Below are positions 47,080 to 56,465 of a stretch of DNA of 64,000 bases, one piece after another. The notes under the pieces were generated by a model. It was not told where the DNA came from. It saw only the letters and a program-made list of their open reading frames with translations, and did no database searches. Origin of the DNA: a virus (lineage: Duplodnaviria > Caudoviricetes); the IMG/VR virus record IMGVR_UViG_3300028603_000018, positions 128,001 through 192,000 of that record; one strand, written 5' to 3'. How positions within the stretch are numbered: position 1 is the first letter of the stretch; every line of letters starts with the position of its first letter. The position numbers and the translations under genes were made by a program.

Positions 47080-48720
47080 TTGGAAATGGATATAAAAGAA
47101 AAGAGTTTGAGAATTATACAAAAGAGTCCTACTACAGTCAGTACTTATTTCAATGATAAAGAGCTGATATGGGATGTCTCTGTATTTAACAATACTTCTC
47201 ATCGGAATAACGAGTTTGATATCTTCGAGCAGATTAATCAATATTGGTTAACTAAACCTATCTCTTTTCAAGAAGAGGTATTTAAGTATTACGAGAAGAT
47301 TCATTCTGTATTTCAATTTGGAGGTACAATTGAGGACCTAACGCTTGAACTCGGTCCTTATATGAAGGGTATTATTAAACTTCATAATCCTGATGAGATT
47401 GCAGTCTGGTCACAAATTAGTGCAAGACTTTATGTTTCGTCTTCATTGATGTCCGAATACGCAGATAACGGAAATGAAGGCGCATCTCGCTTCGTGCAGG
47501 TTGGAACGCGTAATAAGACTTATCTGAAAAGAGATTATACCAAACTTCTAGGTTTAGCTATCTCTATCCGTGCTCTAGTACCTATCTTTGGAGAATTTAT
47601 TTTCCAAACTGGTGCATCAGCAGGTGTTAACTTCAAAGAGTATCGTGCTGGTAAACTATTAGAAGGTACGACTTTAGAGACATGCGAGGCTTATGAAAAA
47701 CTAAGGTTGTATGTCAATGACATTGCAGGTACAGATAAGCAAAAGAGTTCACCTATTCTAGACGGTATCAGTAGTGAAGAATTCCCGGTATGGATTCTTT
47801 ACATGATCATCATTCGTCGTTTAACAGTAGGTAATTTAAAAGGTGATCCAAACCAACCTAACTCTCATCTAGTTACTTATATCCATTTTTACTTGAATCA
47901 AAGATTACTAGGATATGAGAATAACTTCTCCTCAGGTAAGGTTAGGGATAAAGATGTAGGATCAGCTAACGCAGACGATGAGTCTAAGCTCTCTGTTTTA
48001 GAGACTTATAAAACACCGACAGAGCATAGTCCGGGTGATTATGAGCAAATGGCGTTTTATGCAAACAACATTGAATGGTGTATTAATACCTTGTGTCCTG
48101 GTCTAGACATGAAGATTTATGAGCAAGCAAAAGAAGCTAGTGCATTTATGCTAGGACCTGTTCCTTTCTATAAGGCACAAAGCGTCATTGTTCAGAATCT
48201 AATTGGACCTTATCTAGCACCAGATGTATTAGAACATATTCAAAGGATTCCTAGTTTGGGTCTTTATAATGTTGTTCAAGCAATGTTGTGGCAGTACGGA
48301 TATAAAGACCTTGCGTCTTTTATTACAACCACTACAAAGCAAGAGCATGAAGGGTTAAGTGGTTCTACACATACAGCTAGGATGAACATCCCACGAGTAA
48401 TGAGCGATATGATTCGAGATCTATATCCTCATTTAAAGAGAACCAGTTCTCGAAGTGTTAATAGTAAGATTGAACCTACACCTCTTACAACAATTAAGAA
48501 TATTGTTGAACACATGAGTGTGGGTAATTGGAGGAGTAATATCCATGAAGCTTGGTTAAATGAACTAGATTTAAGCGCCATCTCACCTTCAAGACGCCGA
48601 GATTGGAGAATACCTCCTGACATTAGAATTCAGTTAGCTAAACTGTTTATTCAAATTGGGATGTTTGAAGTGCCTTTCCATCCCGACAACGTCAAGAAAT
48701 TCCAACAGCTCTCGTTTTAA
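47080..48720 (+). CDS. nvRNAP promoter-specificity (sigma-like) subunit (phiKZ gp68-like)
   Basis: 546 aa with DIFEQINQYW, TYLKRDY..L and PIFGEFI motifs. Synteny; promoter motif at 47031. Confidence 0.7.
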   Translation: MEMDIKEKSLRIIQKSPTTVSTYFNDKELIWDVSVFNNTSHRNNEFDIFEQINQYWLTKPISFQEEVFKYYEKIHSVFQFGGTIEDLTLELGPYMKGIIKLHNPDEIAVWSQISARLYVSSSLMSEYADNGNEGASRFVQVGTRNKTYLKRDYTKLLGLAISIRALVPIFGEFIFQTGASAGVNFKEYRAGKLLEGTTLETCEAYEKLRLYVNDIAGTDKQKSSPILDGISSEEFPVWILYMIIIRRLTVGNLKGDPNQPNSHLVTYIHFYLNQRLLGYENNFSSGKVRDKDVGSANADDESKLSVLETYKTPTEHSPGDYEQMAFYANNIEWCINTLCPGLDMKIYEQAKEASAFMLGPVPFYKAQSVIVQNLIGPYLAPDVLEHIQRIPSLGLYNVVQAMLWQYGYKDLASFITTTTKQEHEGLSGSTHTARMNIPRVMSDMIRDLYPHLKRTSSRSVNSKIEPTPLTTIKNIVEHMSVGNWRSNIHEAWLNELDLSAISPSRRRDWRIPPDIRIQLAKLFIQIGMFEVPFHPDNVKKFQQLSF

Positions 48721-48765
48721 CATCCCAACGTAAAAAACCAACCCTATTCTCTCTGGAGTTTATCA

Positions 48766-50289
48766 ATGTATCAAAATAACCCACGCTGTCGTATTCTTCG
48801 TTTAGTGATGGCTCGTACTAATGGTTATCAGCCACAGTATATTCGTCCCTATGCGATGACTACGGAGACTTATAAGCGTAATGAGATTTTGAATCGTCTA
48901 GACCCAAACCGACCCATCAGCCCAACGACATTAGGTGGTGAAGTATCTGGTCTCATCAAACCCAGTATTAACATTGACGACACTTTAATGCTAGACCTCC
49001 CAGCAGGTTGGGGATCAGAGCGTCTTCGTTGGATTATGACAATTGAAATCCAGCACATGGGCGCAACTATCATTCAGTACTTAACAGGATATACTGATCA
49101 CGTAGGTGTATCACTACAAACTCAATCCATCGATCCTAACTTACGTTTCTTTATTAATAATAGCTTCCAGTTTCGTGTAGATTCTGAACTGCAAAACGGT
49201 GTACCGATTCGTCGCCTCGTGCCAACACGCTTAAACCAAGTTCTAACTAATCTAAACTATAGCAGAAATCAATTAATGAATTCCGCTTTAGTTCGTCCTC
49301 AAGATGTACTAAACTTTGTTGGAACGGCTTCTATTCGGGATCAGATCTATAGCCAAAACATTGCTTATGAAACAGCAACACTAACTAACCGGGCTACATT
49401 AGGAAATATTTCTAATATTAATCCCACAGCTTTTACTGCTCGAATCCTCGATGCACAACGTCGTGCTTTTGTGGATGGGAATCAATACGGTCAGTCCAAT
49501 GATTCAATTATTGAACGTGCTATTGATTTCGTTCGTGAAGATTCTCAGCGTAATGATCCTTTCCTAAACGTTCTTCTTTCTAGCTCATCTGAATCACTAA
49601 TTGGAAATGATTTCACTTGGTCTACGCTAAACAACATTGATCCAAACGTAAACAATGAACAGATTACGCAATTGATCATGAAAGATAGTGCTTCCCCAAC
49701 AATGGCTATGAATGCCAGTAACATGGGACTAGCGTATTTAGATTCTACTAATTCCTCTCGTTGGGATGAATGTAATTATCTTCAACAAGCAGCTACTATT
49801 ATTCGAGACTCAACAAACTCTTTGATGGCTGAGACGATGTTTAACTCTATCGCCTTCTCTGTAACTAATGAGTCAGGTCAATTCACGTATTCGTATTCAG
49901 GCGGAACTTTGTTTGTACCAGATGTTGACCCAAGTCCTTTCTTTTATCGATTCATTGAAAGGCTGATTAACGAAGCAGTTATGGATATCTCCTTTAACAA
50001 TAATACGCGACTTGAACTCCATGTCATCAGTGAATTTGTTGGTGATACCAAGATTCAATTAAAGGTTGGTGATCAATATGGTGAGTTCGTAGCTCCTACT
50101 TTTTGCTCCAGTCTGACAGCTCCTGTCATTGCAGGATCTCAAGGAACTGCTCAGCTCTTAGCAGATAATATTGGTAACATTGTTAATGAGGTGTATGATA
50201 ACTTCTCTAACAAGATCTCTCATGCTGTTACGAACATCTCTGATAACCCGAGTTATCCAAGTGCTGTCATGGATAATTTCCCTCTGTAA
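48766..50289 (+). CDS. picA: Phage-nucleus import factor PicA/Imp1 (phiKZ gp69-like)
   Basis: 507 aa with Y.PQYIRPY, GW.SERLRW, YLTGYTD and APTFCSSL.APV motifs; directly after the gp68-like gene. Confidence 0.68.
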   Translation: MYQNNPRCRILRLVMARTNGYQPQYIRPYAMTTETYKRNEILNRLDPNRPISPTTLGGEVSGLIKPSINIDDTLMLDLPAGWGSERLRWIMTIEIQHMGATIIQYLTGYTDHVGVSLQTQSIDPNLRFFINNSFQFRVDSELQNGVPIRRLVPTRLNQVLTNLNYSRNQLMNSALVRPQDVLNFVGTASIRDQIYSQNIAYETATLTNRATLGNISNINPTAFTARILDAQRRAFVDGNQYGQSNDSIIERAIDFVREDSQRNDPFLNVLLSSSSESLIGNDFTWSTLNNIDPNVNNEQITQLIMKDSASPTMAMNASNMGLAYLDSTNSSRWDECNYLQQAATIIRDSTNSLMAETMFNSIAFSVTNESGQFTYSYSGGTLFVPDVDPSPFFYRFIERLINEAVMDISFNNNTRLELHVISEFVGDTKIQLKVGDQYGEFVAPTFCSSLTAPVIAGSQGTAQLLADNIGNIVNEVYDNFSNKISHAVTNISDNPSYPSAVMDNFPL

Positions 50290-50304
50290 TAAGCGAATGA
50301 AAAA

Positions 50305-51765
50305 ATGGAAAATAAACTAGATCTACTTACTTGGTATAAAGAAGTTTTAAAAACTGCTGATGCTTATACTGACGAAAAAGATCATATCTTTCTCATCCCA
50401 GGAGAAAATACCGTACCAGCAATGGTCAAAGAAGGTGATGTTGAAAAACAACTAGCACTACCTTCTAAAGAGGTGTTATCTAATTACTATAGTAGCACCA
50501 TTCGCTTTCACCCCCTAGCTGAGGATTTCACACGAGGACCTAGTGTTGTTGTAGAGAATTATAAGAACTGGGCATTAGGACATATGACTATCACCATGGT
50601 AGTCGCTTTCATTGCCCTGCTAGAGTTATCAGCATCACCTCAACTCCACGCTAAACTCGATCCAGTTCAGAGTGAGTTATTGAAAGTAGCTAAAAATGCT
50701 AAACAGGGTACGATTGATGTATTTAAGAAAATTATTGGTAGGATTGAAGATGAAGATAATGAACTTCAATTCATCCGTATTTTCTTAAAGAAATCAGCCC
50801 GTATTAATGATAAAGCACATCAATGGGGGGGAATGGTAACTTTTCCTTTCTATGAGTACTTAAAGACAAACCCAAAGAAAATCAAATCCGTTCCTCTAAG
50901 TAATGAGAACCGACTGACTTTCATGTCTATCTTCGAGTATTTATTCCCTTTCATTAATGAGGCGCATAAATACAGCTATGGTTCTAACTCTAACTTAGCA
51001 CCTAAATTTGAATCTATCTTAGGTGCTATTAAGAATGTGGCAATTGAAATCAATACACTCATTCAAGAGTTAGGTGATCAAAATCAAGGTATTGAGGAAA
51101 TTGAATTAGGCTGGGTAGATTACTTAGGTAAGACTGATGTATTCTTGCCTGAAGTTCGTTTTATTCCAATGCAACCTGGTAATGAAGGAAAGGAGAATAA
51201 GTTAGATAAAGGATTTATTAGCTTAAACCCAAATCAAACTCAAGCTACCTCTACTCCAACTCAACCTAGTACTAATGAGTCTATGCAACAATCACACACT
51301 CAACCTTCTGTTATTGACCCACTTCCTCAAGCGCAGTCTACGCAACCACAACAACCTCAAGTAGCTCAACAGGTTAAAAAGGCTGCGACTTTAGCTGATA
51401 TCTTAGGTGCCAATGCAGCTCCACAAATGGTTGGAGGGATGGTAGCTGGTAATCAGACAATGATGGTTAATCCAGCTACAGGACAAGTCATGGGAACTCC
51501 CTCCATGATGCCAGCTCCTATGCAGCAACAAATGCAGCAACATCAAATGAACTATATTCAAACCCTTAATACCCCCCAAGGACCGATGGTGTTGTTTAAT
51601 AACGCTTATATTCCTTTACAACAATATCAGATGATGTTACAATCTAATACGGGGATGCAACAACCAGGTATGATGGGTGCTCGCTATGATGTACTGAGTC
51701 CTATTGGCCGGCCTAGCGCTGCTAATAGCGGAGGTATGATTAACGGGTATACGGTTCGTATTTAA
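50305..51765 (+). CDS. Conserved core protein (phiKZ gp70-like) with Gln/Met/Pro-rich disordered tail
   Basis: 486 aa with FHPLAE, FPFY and YSYGS motifs. Assigned by synteny. Confidence 0.65.
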   Translation: MENKLDLLTWYKEVLKTADAYTDEKDHIFLIPGENTVPAMVKEGDVEKQLALPSKEVLSNYYSSTIRFHPLAEDFTRGPSVVVENYKNWALGHMTITMVVAFIALLELSASPQLHAKLDPVQSELLKVAKNAKQGTIDVFKKIIGRIEDEDNELQFIRIFLKKSARINDKAHQWGGMVTFPFYEYLKTNPKKIKSVPLSNENRLTFMSIFEYLFPFINEAHKYSYGSNSNLAPKFESILGAIKNVAIEINTLIQELGDQNQGIEEIELGWVDYLGKTDVFLPEVRFIPMQPGNEGKENKLDKGFISLNPNQTQATSTPTQPSTNESMQQSHTQPSVIDPLPQAQSTQPQQPQVAQQVKKAATLADILGANAAPQMVGGMVAGNQTMMVNPATGQVMGTPSMMPAPMQQQMQQHQMNYIQTLNTPQGPMVLFNNAYIPLQQYQMMLQSNTGMQQPGMMGARYDVLSPIGRPSAANSGGMINGYTVRI

Positions 51766-51770
51766 TAACA

Positions 51771-51804
51771 GCATAAATAGGGAGTCCGTTTGGACTCCCT
51801 ATTT
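51771..51804. terminator. Bidirectional terminator-like palindrome
   Basis: aaatagggagtcc-gttt-ggactccctattt between convergent genes. Confidence 0.78.
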
Positions 51805-51813
51805 TAAAGGCTG

Positions 51814-52197
51814 TTATTTTTTTACTTGCTTTTGTAGTAGAGTTTTAATCTGACTCAATACAGAACCGTAATATTCTTTACCAATCAAGTAAATAGTAGT
51901 CTCAGTACCTAAGAAATCTACTGGATTGTTTAAATGGTTCATCCTTAAATTAACCCAATCGTGGTCAGGGGATTCATTCATAAACCTCATTAGGCCGTAA
52001 AAATCCCCTTCATAACGAATAGATTCACCAGCTTCAATTTCTACAGTCCTAGCTCCATTATCAGGTAATAAGAAAAATGGCATGTGGTATTCTAACATTA
52101 CTCTCACATCCGCTCTATCAGCTAATGAGAGATGTTGTTGAATCATTAAAGGTTCTAGTTCAGTAGGTGTTGTTAAATCTAATACTGTTTCAGTCAT
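51814..52197 (-). CDS. Conserved small protein, 127 aa
   Basis: YEGDFYGL...RMN..NP.DF pattern; opposite-strand gene between the gp70-like and beta genes. Confidence 0.6.
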   Translation of the reverse strand: MTETVLDLTTPTELEPLMIQQHLSLADRADVRVMLEYHMPFFLLPDNGARTVEIEAGESIRYEGDFYGLMRFMNESPDHDWVNLRMNHLNNPVDFLGTETTIYLIGKEYYGSVLSQIKTLLQKQVKK

Positions 52198-52305
52198 AGC
52201 GTATTTTTCAAGATAGATTTTTACAATAACATATTATCAATTAGTAGCTGTTAAATTACAGCTAAAAACTTACTCCTTCTTTTACTCAATTAAGAGGATG
52301 TGTTA

Positions 52306-55300
52306 ATGAGTCTAACCAGACCTAAACCAGATCCGATGATTAAAACTAATCAACTCCATAGAGAATTGCTTAGTGTAAGTGGATTTGATTCTTTTGCTGC
52401 TCATGGAACCTCTCCAAGAAAGCAGATGTTTGCAACTCATTTAGGACAGTGTCTTGTAGTAAAACATTCCACAGAACGCAGTTATCAAACTGGTATGGAA
52501 AGAGCTTACGCTAAATATACATTTAGTATTAAAGCTCCTACCACAATGCATATCATCGCTATTGTTAACCGGTATCCAGAGATTCAAGGCGTAGACAAGA
52601 TTAAATTTAATCCCCAGTCTATTGTCGTCTACGAAGATCTTATTACTAGAACGATCTCAGCAATGGATGTACGTCGATTCAAAGCTAACCATCCTCACTT
52701 TGGCTTTGATTATGTTGCTAGACCAGCTTCTCAATTATTACGAGCTGGAGAGACTATTGAGAAAGATACTATCTTCTACGATAGTCCTTCTGTAACAGAA
52801 AATGGTGGATACAAGTATGGTGTAGAACTAAACATCCTTCATGCTACCTTACCAGCTACTTCTGAAGATGGTAGCATGATCTCTGAATCAGCTGCTAAGA
52901 AGTTCACCTACATGACGTTCGAAACTCGTGTAGCGGATTGTGGTGCTGATGAGATTCCTATCTTCTTATATGGTACGGATGAACAACCTAAGATTTGTCC
53001 AGATATCGGAGAGAAAGTCAGGGATGATGGTCTACTTTTTGTAACTAGAAAAGTCGATGATAACTTAGCCCCCTTTTACCAATCTAAACACGCACTTAGA
53101 AAATACTTTCCAAAGTTTGATACACCTATCTATGTACCACCAGGTGGGACAGTAATTGATATCCAAGTCCATCACGATCCTTTATGTAAGCAAGCTCGTG
53201 TACCAACTGGAATGGACGATCAGTTATTAAAGTATCAACGGTCTTTAATGAACTTCCATAAAGCAATTAAAGACATCTGGTCTAAGTACTTAAGAGAACG
53301 AGGTGAGGGATTAAAACTCTCTCCAGAGTTTGAACGCTTGGTTGTCGATGCAATTGCTTATACGGATGATAAAGCTAATGCACGTCCTCAACGACAATAC
53401 CGACTAGCTCGACTGGGTGATTGGCGTATTGAATTTACTGTTAGATACGAAAATGTACCTAGTGTAGGTAATAAGGCAACTGGTTGCTTCGGAGATTCTC
53501 ACATAGAGCCTGTTAACTATATTTAGGTATATAGTATAGGCCAATGAAATACTAGAAATTATTAACGATCTTTTTAATTTGCAGCGTTTGGCCTGTATTT
53601 TTCTAATTTAGGAGGTCAAATGACAAAGCAGTATAAATTAGTACCGGGATCAGAGTCAGTACGTTATGATGTAATAAATGACACTTATACTAGATTTAAT
53701 CCGAAAGAAGATGGGTTTGTAGAAAAAGGTTCCCGAATAACCTTTAACTACCATAACCGAACCATCACGGTAGATAGAGAATGGCTTCGTTTATTTACAA
53801 TCTTTGAAACAAAGCTTCCCGAGCAAGTTTGGATTCATGTAGAAAAAATTAGGTTCGTAGACTGCTATAATAAAGTACTTCGTTTACCCACCAATAAAAT
53901 AATGGTGTTGGACGAATGCTTTCACTATCATCCGTATTATCGTATTGTTCCAGGCTTTACTCATCTATTCATCAGTAAGAATGGTGTGGTAATTGATTGG
54001 ACTGATAACTTTAAACCCGTTTCTATTTTAGATGATCAGTATAAAAACTTAAACATCTATGATCCTGAACGAGGTTTTGTTAGATCAGTTCCACTACATC
54101 GCTTACTTGGTTTGGCTTGGATTAATAATGACAATTACCAAGAAAAGCCCATAATGAATCACATAGATGGAAATAAGTATAATAATCAGCTGAGTAATCT
54201 AGAATGGGTCTCTCATCAAGAAAATAACGTTCACGCTAGTGAGGTCGGGTTAAATACCGATTCTCTAGCATGTAAAGCTCGGGATGTAGTAAGTGGTGAG
54301 GTACAAACATTCAACAGTCTTGGTCAGTTATCTCGCGCTTTAGGTGTTGGAGCAGTTAATCTGGAGCGGTTAAATACCACCCGCCCAACTTCTTTAATTG
54401 GTGACCGATATGAAGTTCGTTTATTAGGTGATGACACGCCTTGGTTATTTGATACCGTAGACGATCTACCAAAGGTTAAAGGACGTTATCAAATCAATGT
54501 TACACATGCGAAGCAGGGTAAGTTAACTTTCCATGATGTTAGAACAGCGGTGTTTAATTTGAAATACCGTAAGACGTGGGGATGTGGTAATGTCAGGACT
54601 TTACAACAGTTCTTAGAAAAAGATCCGTATGTTCAGGATTTTGAGATTATTGATCATTATAAATACACAGCAACAGTTCAGGCGAAAAACGTAGATACAG
54701 GAGAAGTAGTGGAAGAACCTACCTTTACTTATCTTTCTAGACGTTTAAAGCTTCAACGTAGTGCTATTAAGAAAATCCTGAATTCGGGTCAGGTACAGTG
54801 TTATCATGGCTGGTTGATTCGTTTAACGAGTGAAGATCCTTGGCCGGAAGATTATCAGATACATGGTCAGAGACGTATTAGTGTGGTAGCTAAACACAAT
54901 AAGACAGGCCAATGTTTGAAATTTCCCACCCTAAGAGCTACTGCAAGGCACTTCGGGATAGATCGTAAAACCATTTCAGTTCGTATTAATAATAAAACGG
55001 ACTACGATGGCTGGTATTTTGAATTGGTTTAATTTACAGGTAAGAATTTATTTGGTCTCCCTAAATAGTGATATTTAGTAAAAAACCTCTCTAACTGCGG
55101 GAACATCCTAAAGTCTTAAATTACTTCTTACTCATGGAAACGTAGAGTAATGCCTCGACCAGTAATGGAAGTTCGAGGGACAGTAAAAACATTTAAGAAT
55201 ATATGGGTAACCGACGCAACAAAGCTCCTAAGTCTAGAGATATGGAGTGTGTTCAACGACTATCGACGTAGCGCCTAAGTAGGTAATCGAGGATTTTAAA

Positions 55301-56419
55301 GCGAAACGGGAGGCCCTCAACTAGCTTAAGTTGAGGTGAAGATATAGTCTGTTCCCCAAGGAAAGCTTGGGGCGGGTGTCGTAGCACACCGGATATGTAT
55401 GGAAACGATACATATTGGACAATAAGAAAGGTATTATCGTAACAGTAGTTCCAGATGAGAAAATGCCTGTTGATGATCGGGGTGTTCGAGTGGAATTTAT
55501 CACAGATCCTCTAGCTACAATTGCTCGGAGTACTTTAGGTCGAGTGATGGAACCCTTTCTAAATGCTGCTGGACAGAATATTGTTAGAGAGATAGCATTA
55601 GCTCTTAATCTGAAATGGGGAACTGTAGTAACGCCACAGTTACTAGAAACTAAGAACGTTAATGGGTTAGTCAGGAAGCAGTTTGAAAAACTCAAAGACT
55701 TCTATTATACGGTATCATCTGAAAAGATGGGTCCTTGGCATGAGAATCTAACAGATAAAGAACTCTATGAGCATCTGAGTTCTGTTATTACTCGAACCTT
55801 ACCTATTATGTATAAACCACCTTCTGATGAGAAAGAGATGGTGGATATTATCATGGAAATTAATGAGAAGTATCCTCCTTATGAATCTCATATCACTTAT
55901 GTAGGTAACTCTGGTAAGACCGTACGGTCTAAAGAAAAGTTTATTATCGGAAGAGCTTATGTTATTCTCTTAGATAAAACAGGAGATTCTGCTGCTGCTA
56001 TTGCCTCAGGTAAATTAGGTCACTTTGGTGTTCCTAGTCAAATTACTCGTCAAGATAAATACACGAGTCCTAATCGACGACAGCATACTCGTATCTTTGG
56101 TGAAGCAGAGATGCGAATCATTGCTTCGTATTGTCCGTCTTGGGTGGCTGCTGAAATCATTGATAGGAACTCCAATAAAGATAGCATGGGAGTTATTATT
56201 AACGGATTACTCACCACAGATAAACCAACTAATACTTTTGAGCTAATCAATAGAAAGGAGCATAAGTACAATGGTGGTAGACCTATTCAGATCGTACGAC
56301 ACTTAGCACTTACAGCAGGTTGGGGTTTCCAATATAAACCTTATCAGCCTCTTTGGATGAAAGGTAATAAAGTAAAAGATTTTGTACTAGAGAGCTTAGA
56401 CAAAACAGAAGCTGTTTAA
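52306..56419 (+). CDS. nvRNAP beta C-terminal subunit (phiKZ gp71-73-like), spliced: join(52306..53496,55427..56419)
   Basis: R.QM..H..Q, EDG, GNKATGCFGD|KGII (compare bacterial GDKMAGRHGNKG), and RIFGEAEMR motifs. Confidence 0.9.
53497..55426 (+). mobile_element. Group I intron 3 carrying an HNH endonuclease gene
   Basis: Exon end ggagaT pairs with IGS Gtctcc 55055-55060. P aactgcgggaa 55094, R gttcaacgacta 55251, S gaagatatagtct 55338. Ends ggacaataaG, and splicing restores GDKG in frame. Confidence 0.9.
53620..55032 (+). CDS. Intron-encoded HNH homing endonuclease with NUMOD-type DNA-binding repeats
   Basis: LHRL...NHIDGNKYNNQLSNLEWVSHQEN, C-terminal F.SL...R.LG-type helix-turn-helix repeats, and AGGAGGT RBS. 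Confidence 0.92.
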   Translation: MTKQYKLVPGSESVRYDVINDTYTRFNPKEDGFVEKGSRITFNYHNRTITVDREWLRLFTIFETKLPEQVWIHVEKIRFVDCYNKVLRLPTNKIMVLDECFHYHPYYRIVPGFTHLFISKNGVVIDWTDNFKPVSILDDQYKNLNIYDPERGFVRSVPLHRLLGLAWINNDNYQEKPIMNHIDGNKYNNQLSNLEWVSHQENNVHASEVGLNTDSLACKARDVVSGEVQTFNSLGQLSRALGVGAVNLERLNTTRPTSLIGDRYEVRLLGDDTPWLFDTVDDLPKVKGRYQINVTHAKQGKLTFHDVRTAVFNLKYRKTWGCGNVRTLQQFLEKDPYVQDFEIIDHYKYTATVQAKNVDTGEVVEEPTFTYLSRRLKLQRSAIKKILNSGQVQCYHGWLIRLTSEDPWPEDYQIHGQRRISVVAKHNKTGQCLKFPTLRATARHFGIDRKTISVRINNKTDYDGWYFELV

Positions 56420-56465
56420 TCTCCGCGTGGGTTGTGTAAAAGCAACTCACGCGTTATAAAAGTTA

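Noticed and set aside
55415-55426. TTG start of a separate 334-aa gene
   Set aside because: These codons are the 3' end of intron 3. The ORF is exon 2 of the beta subunit from 55427.
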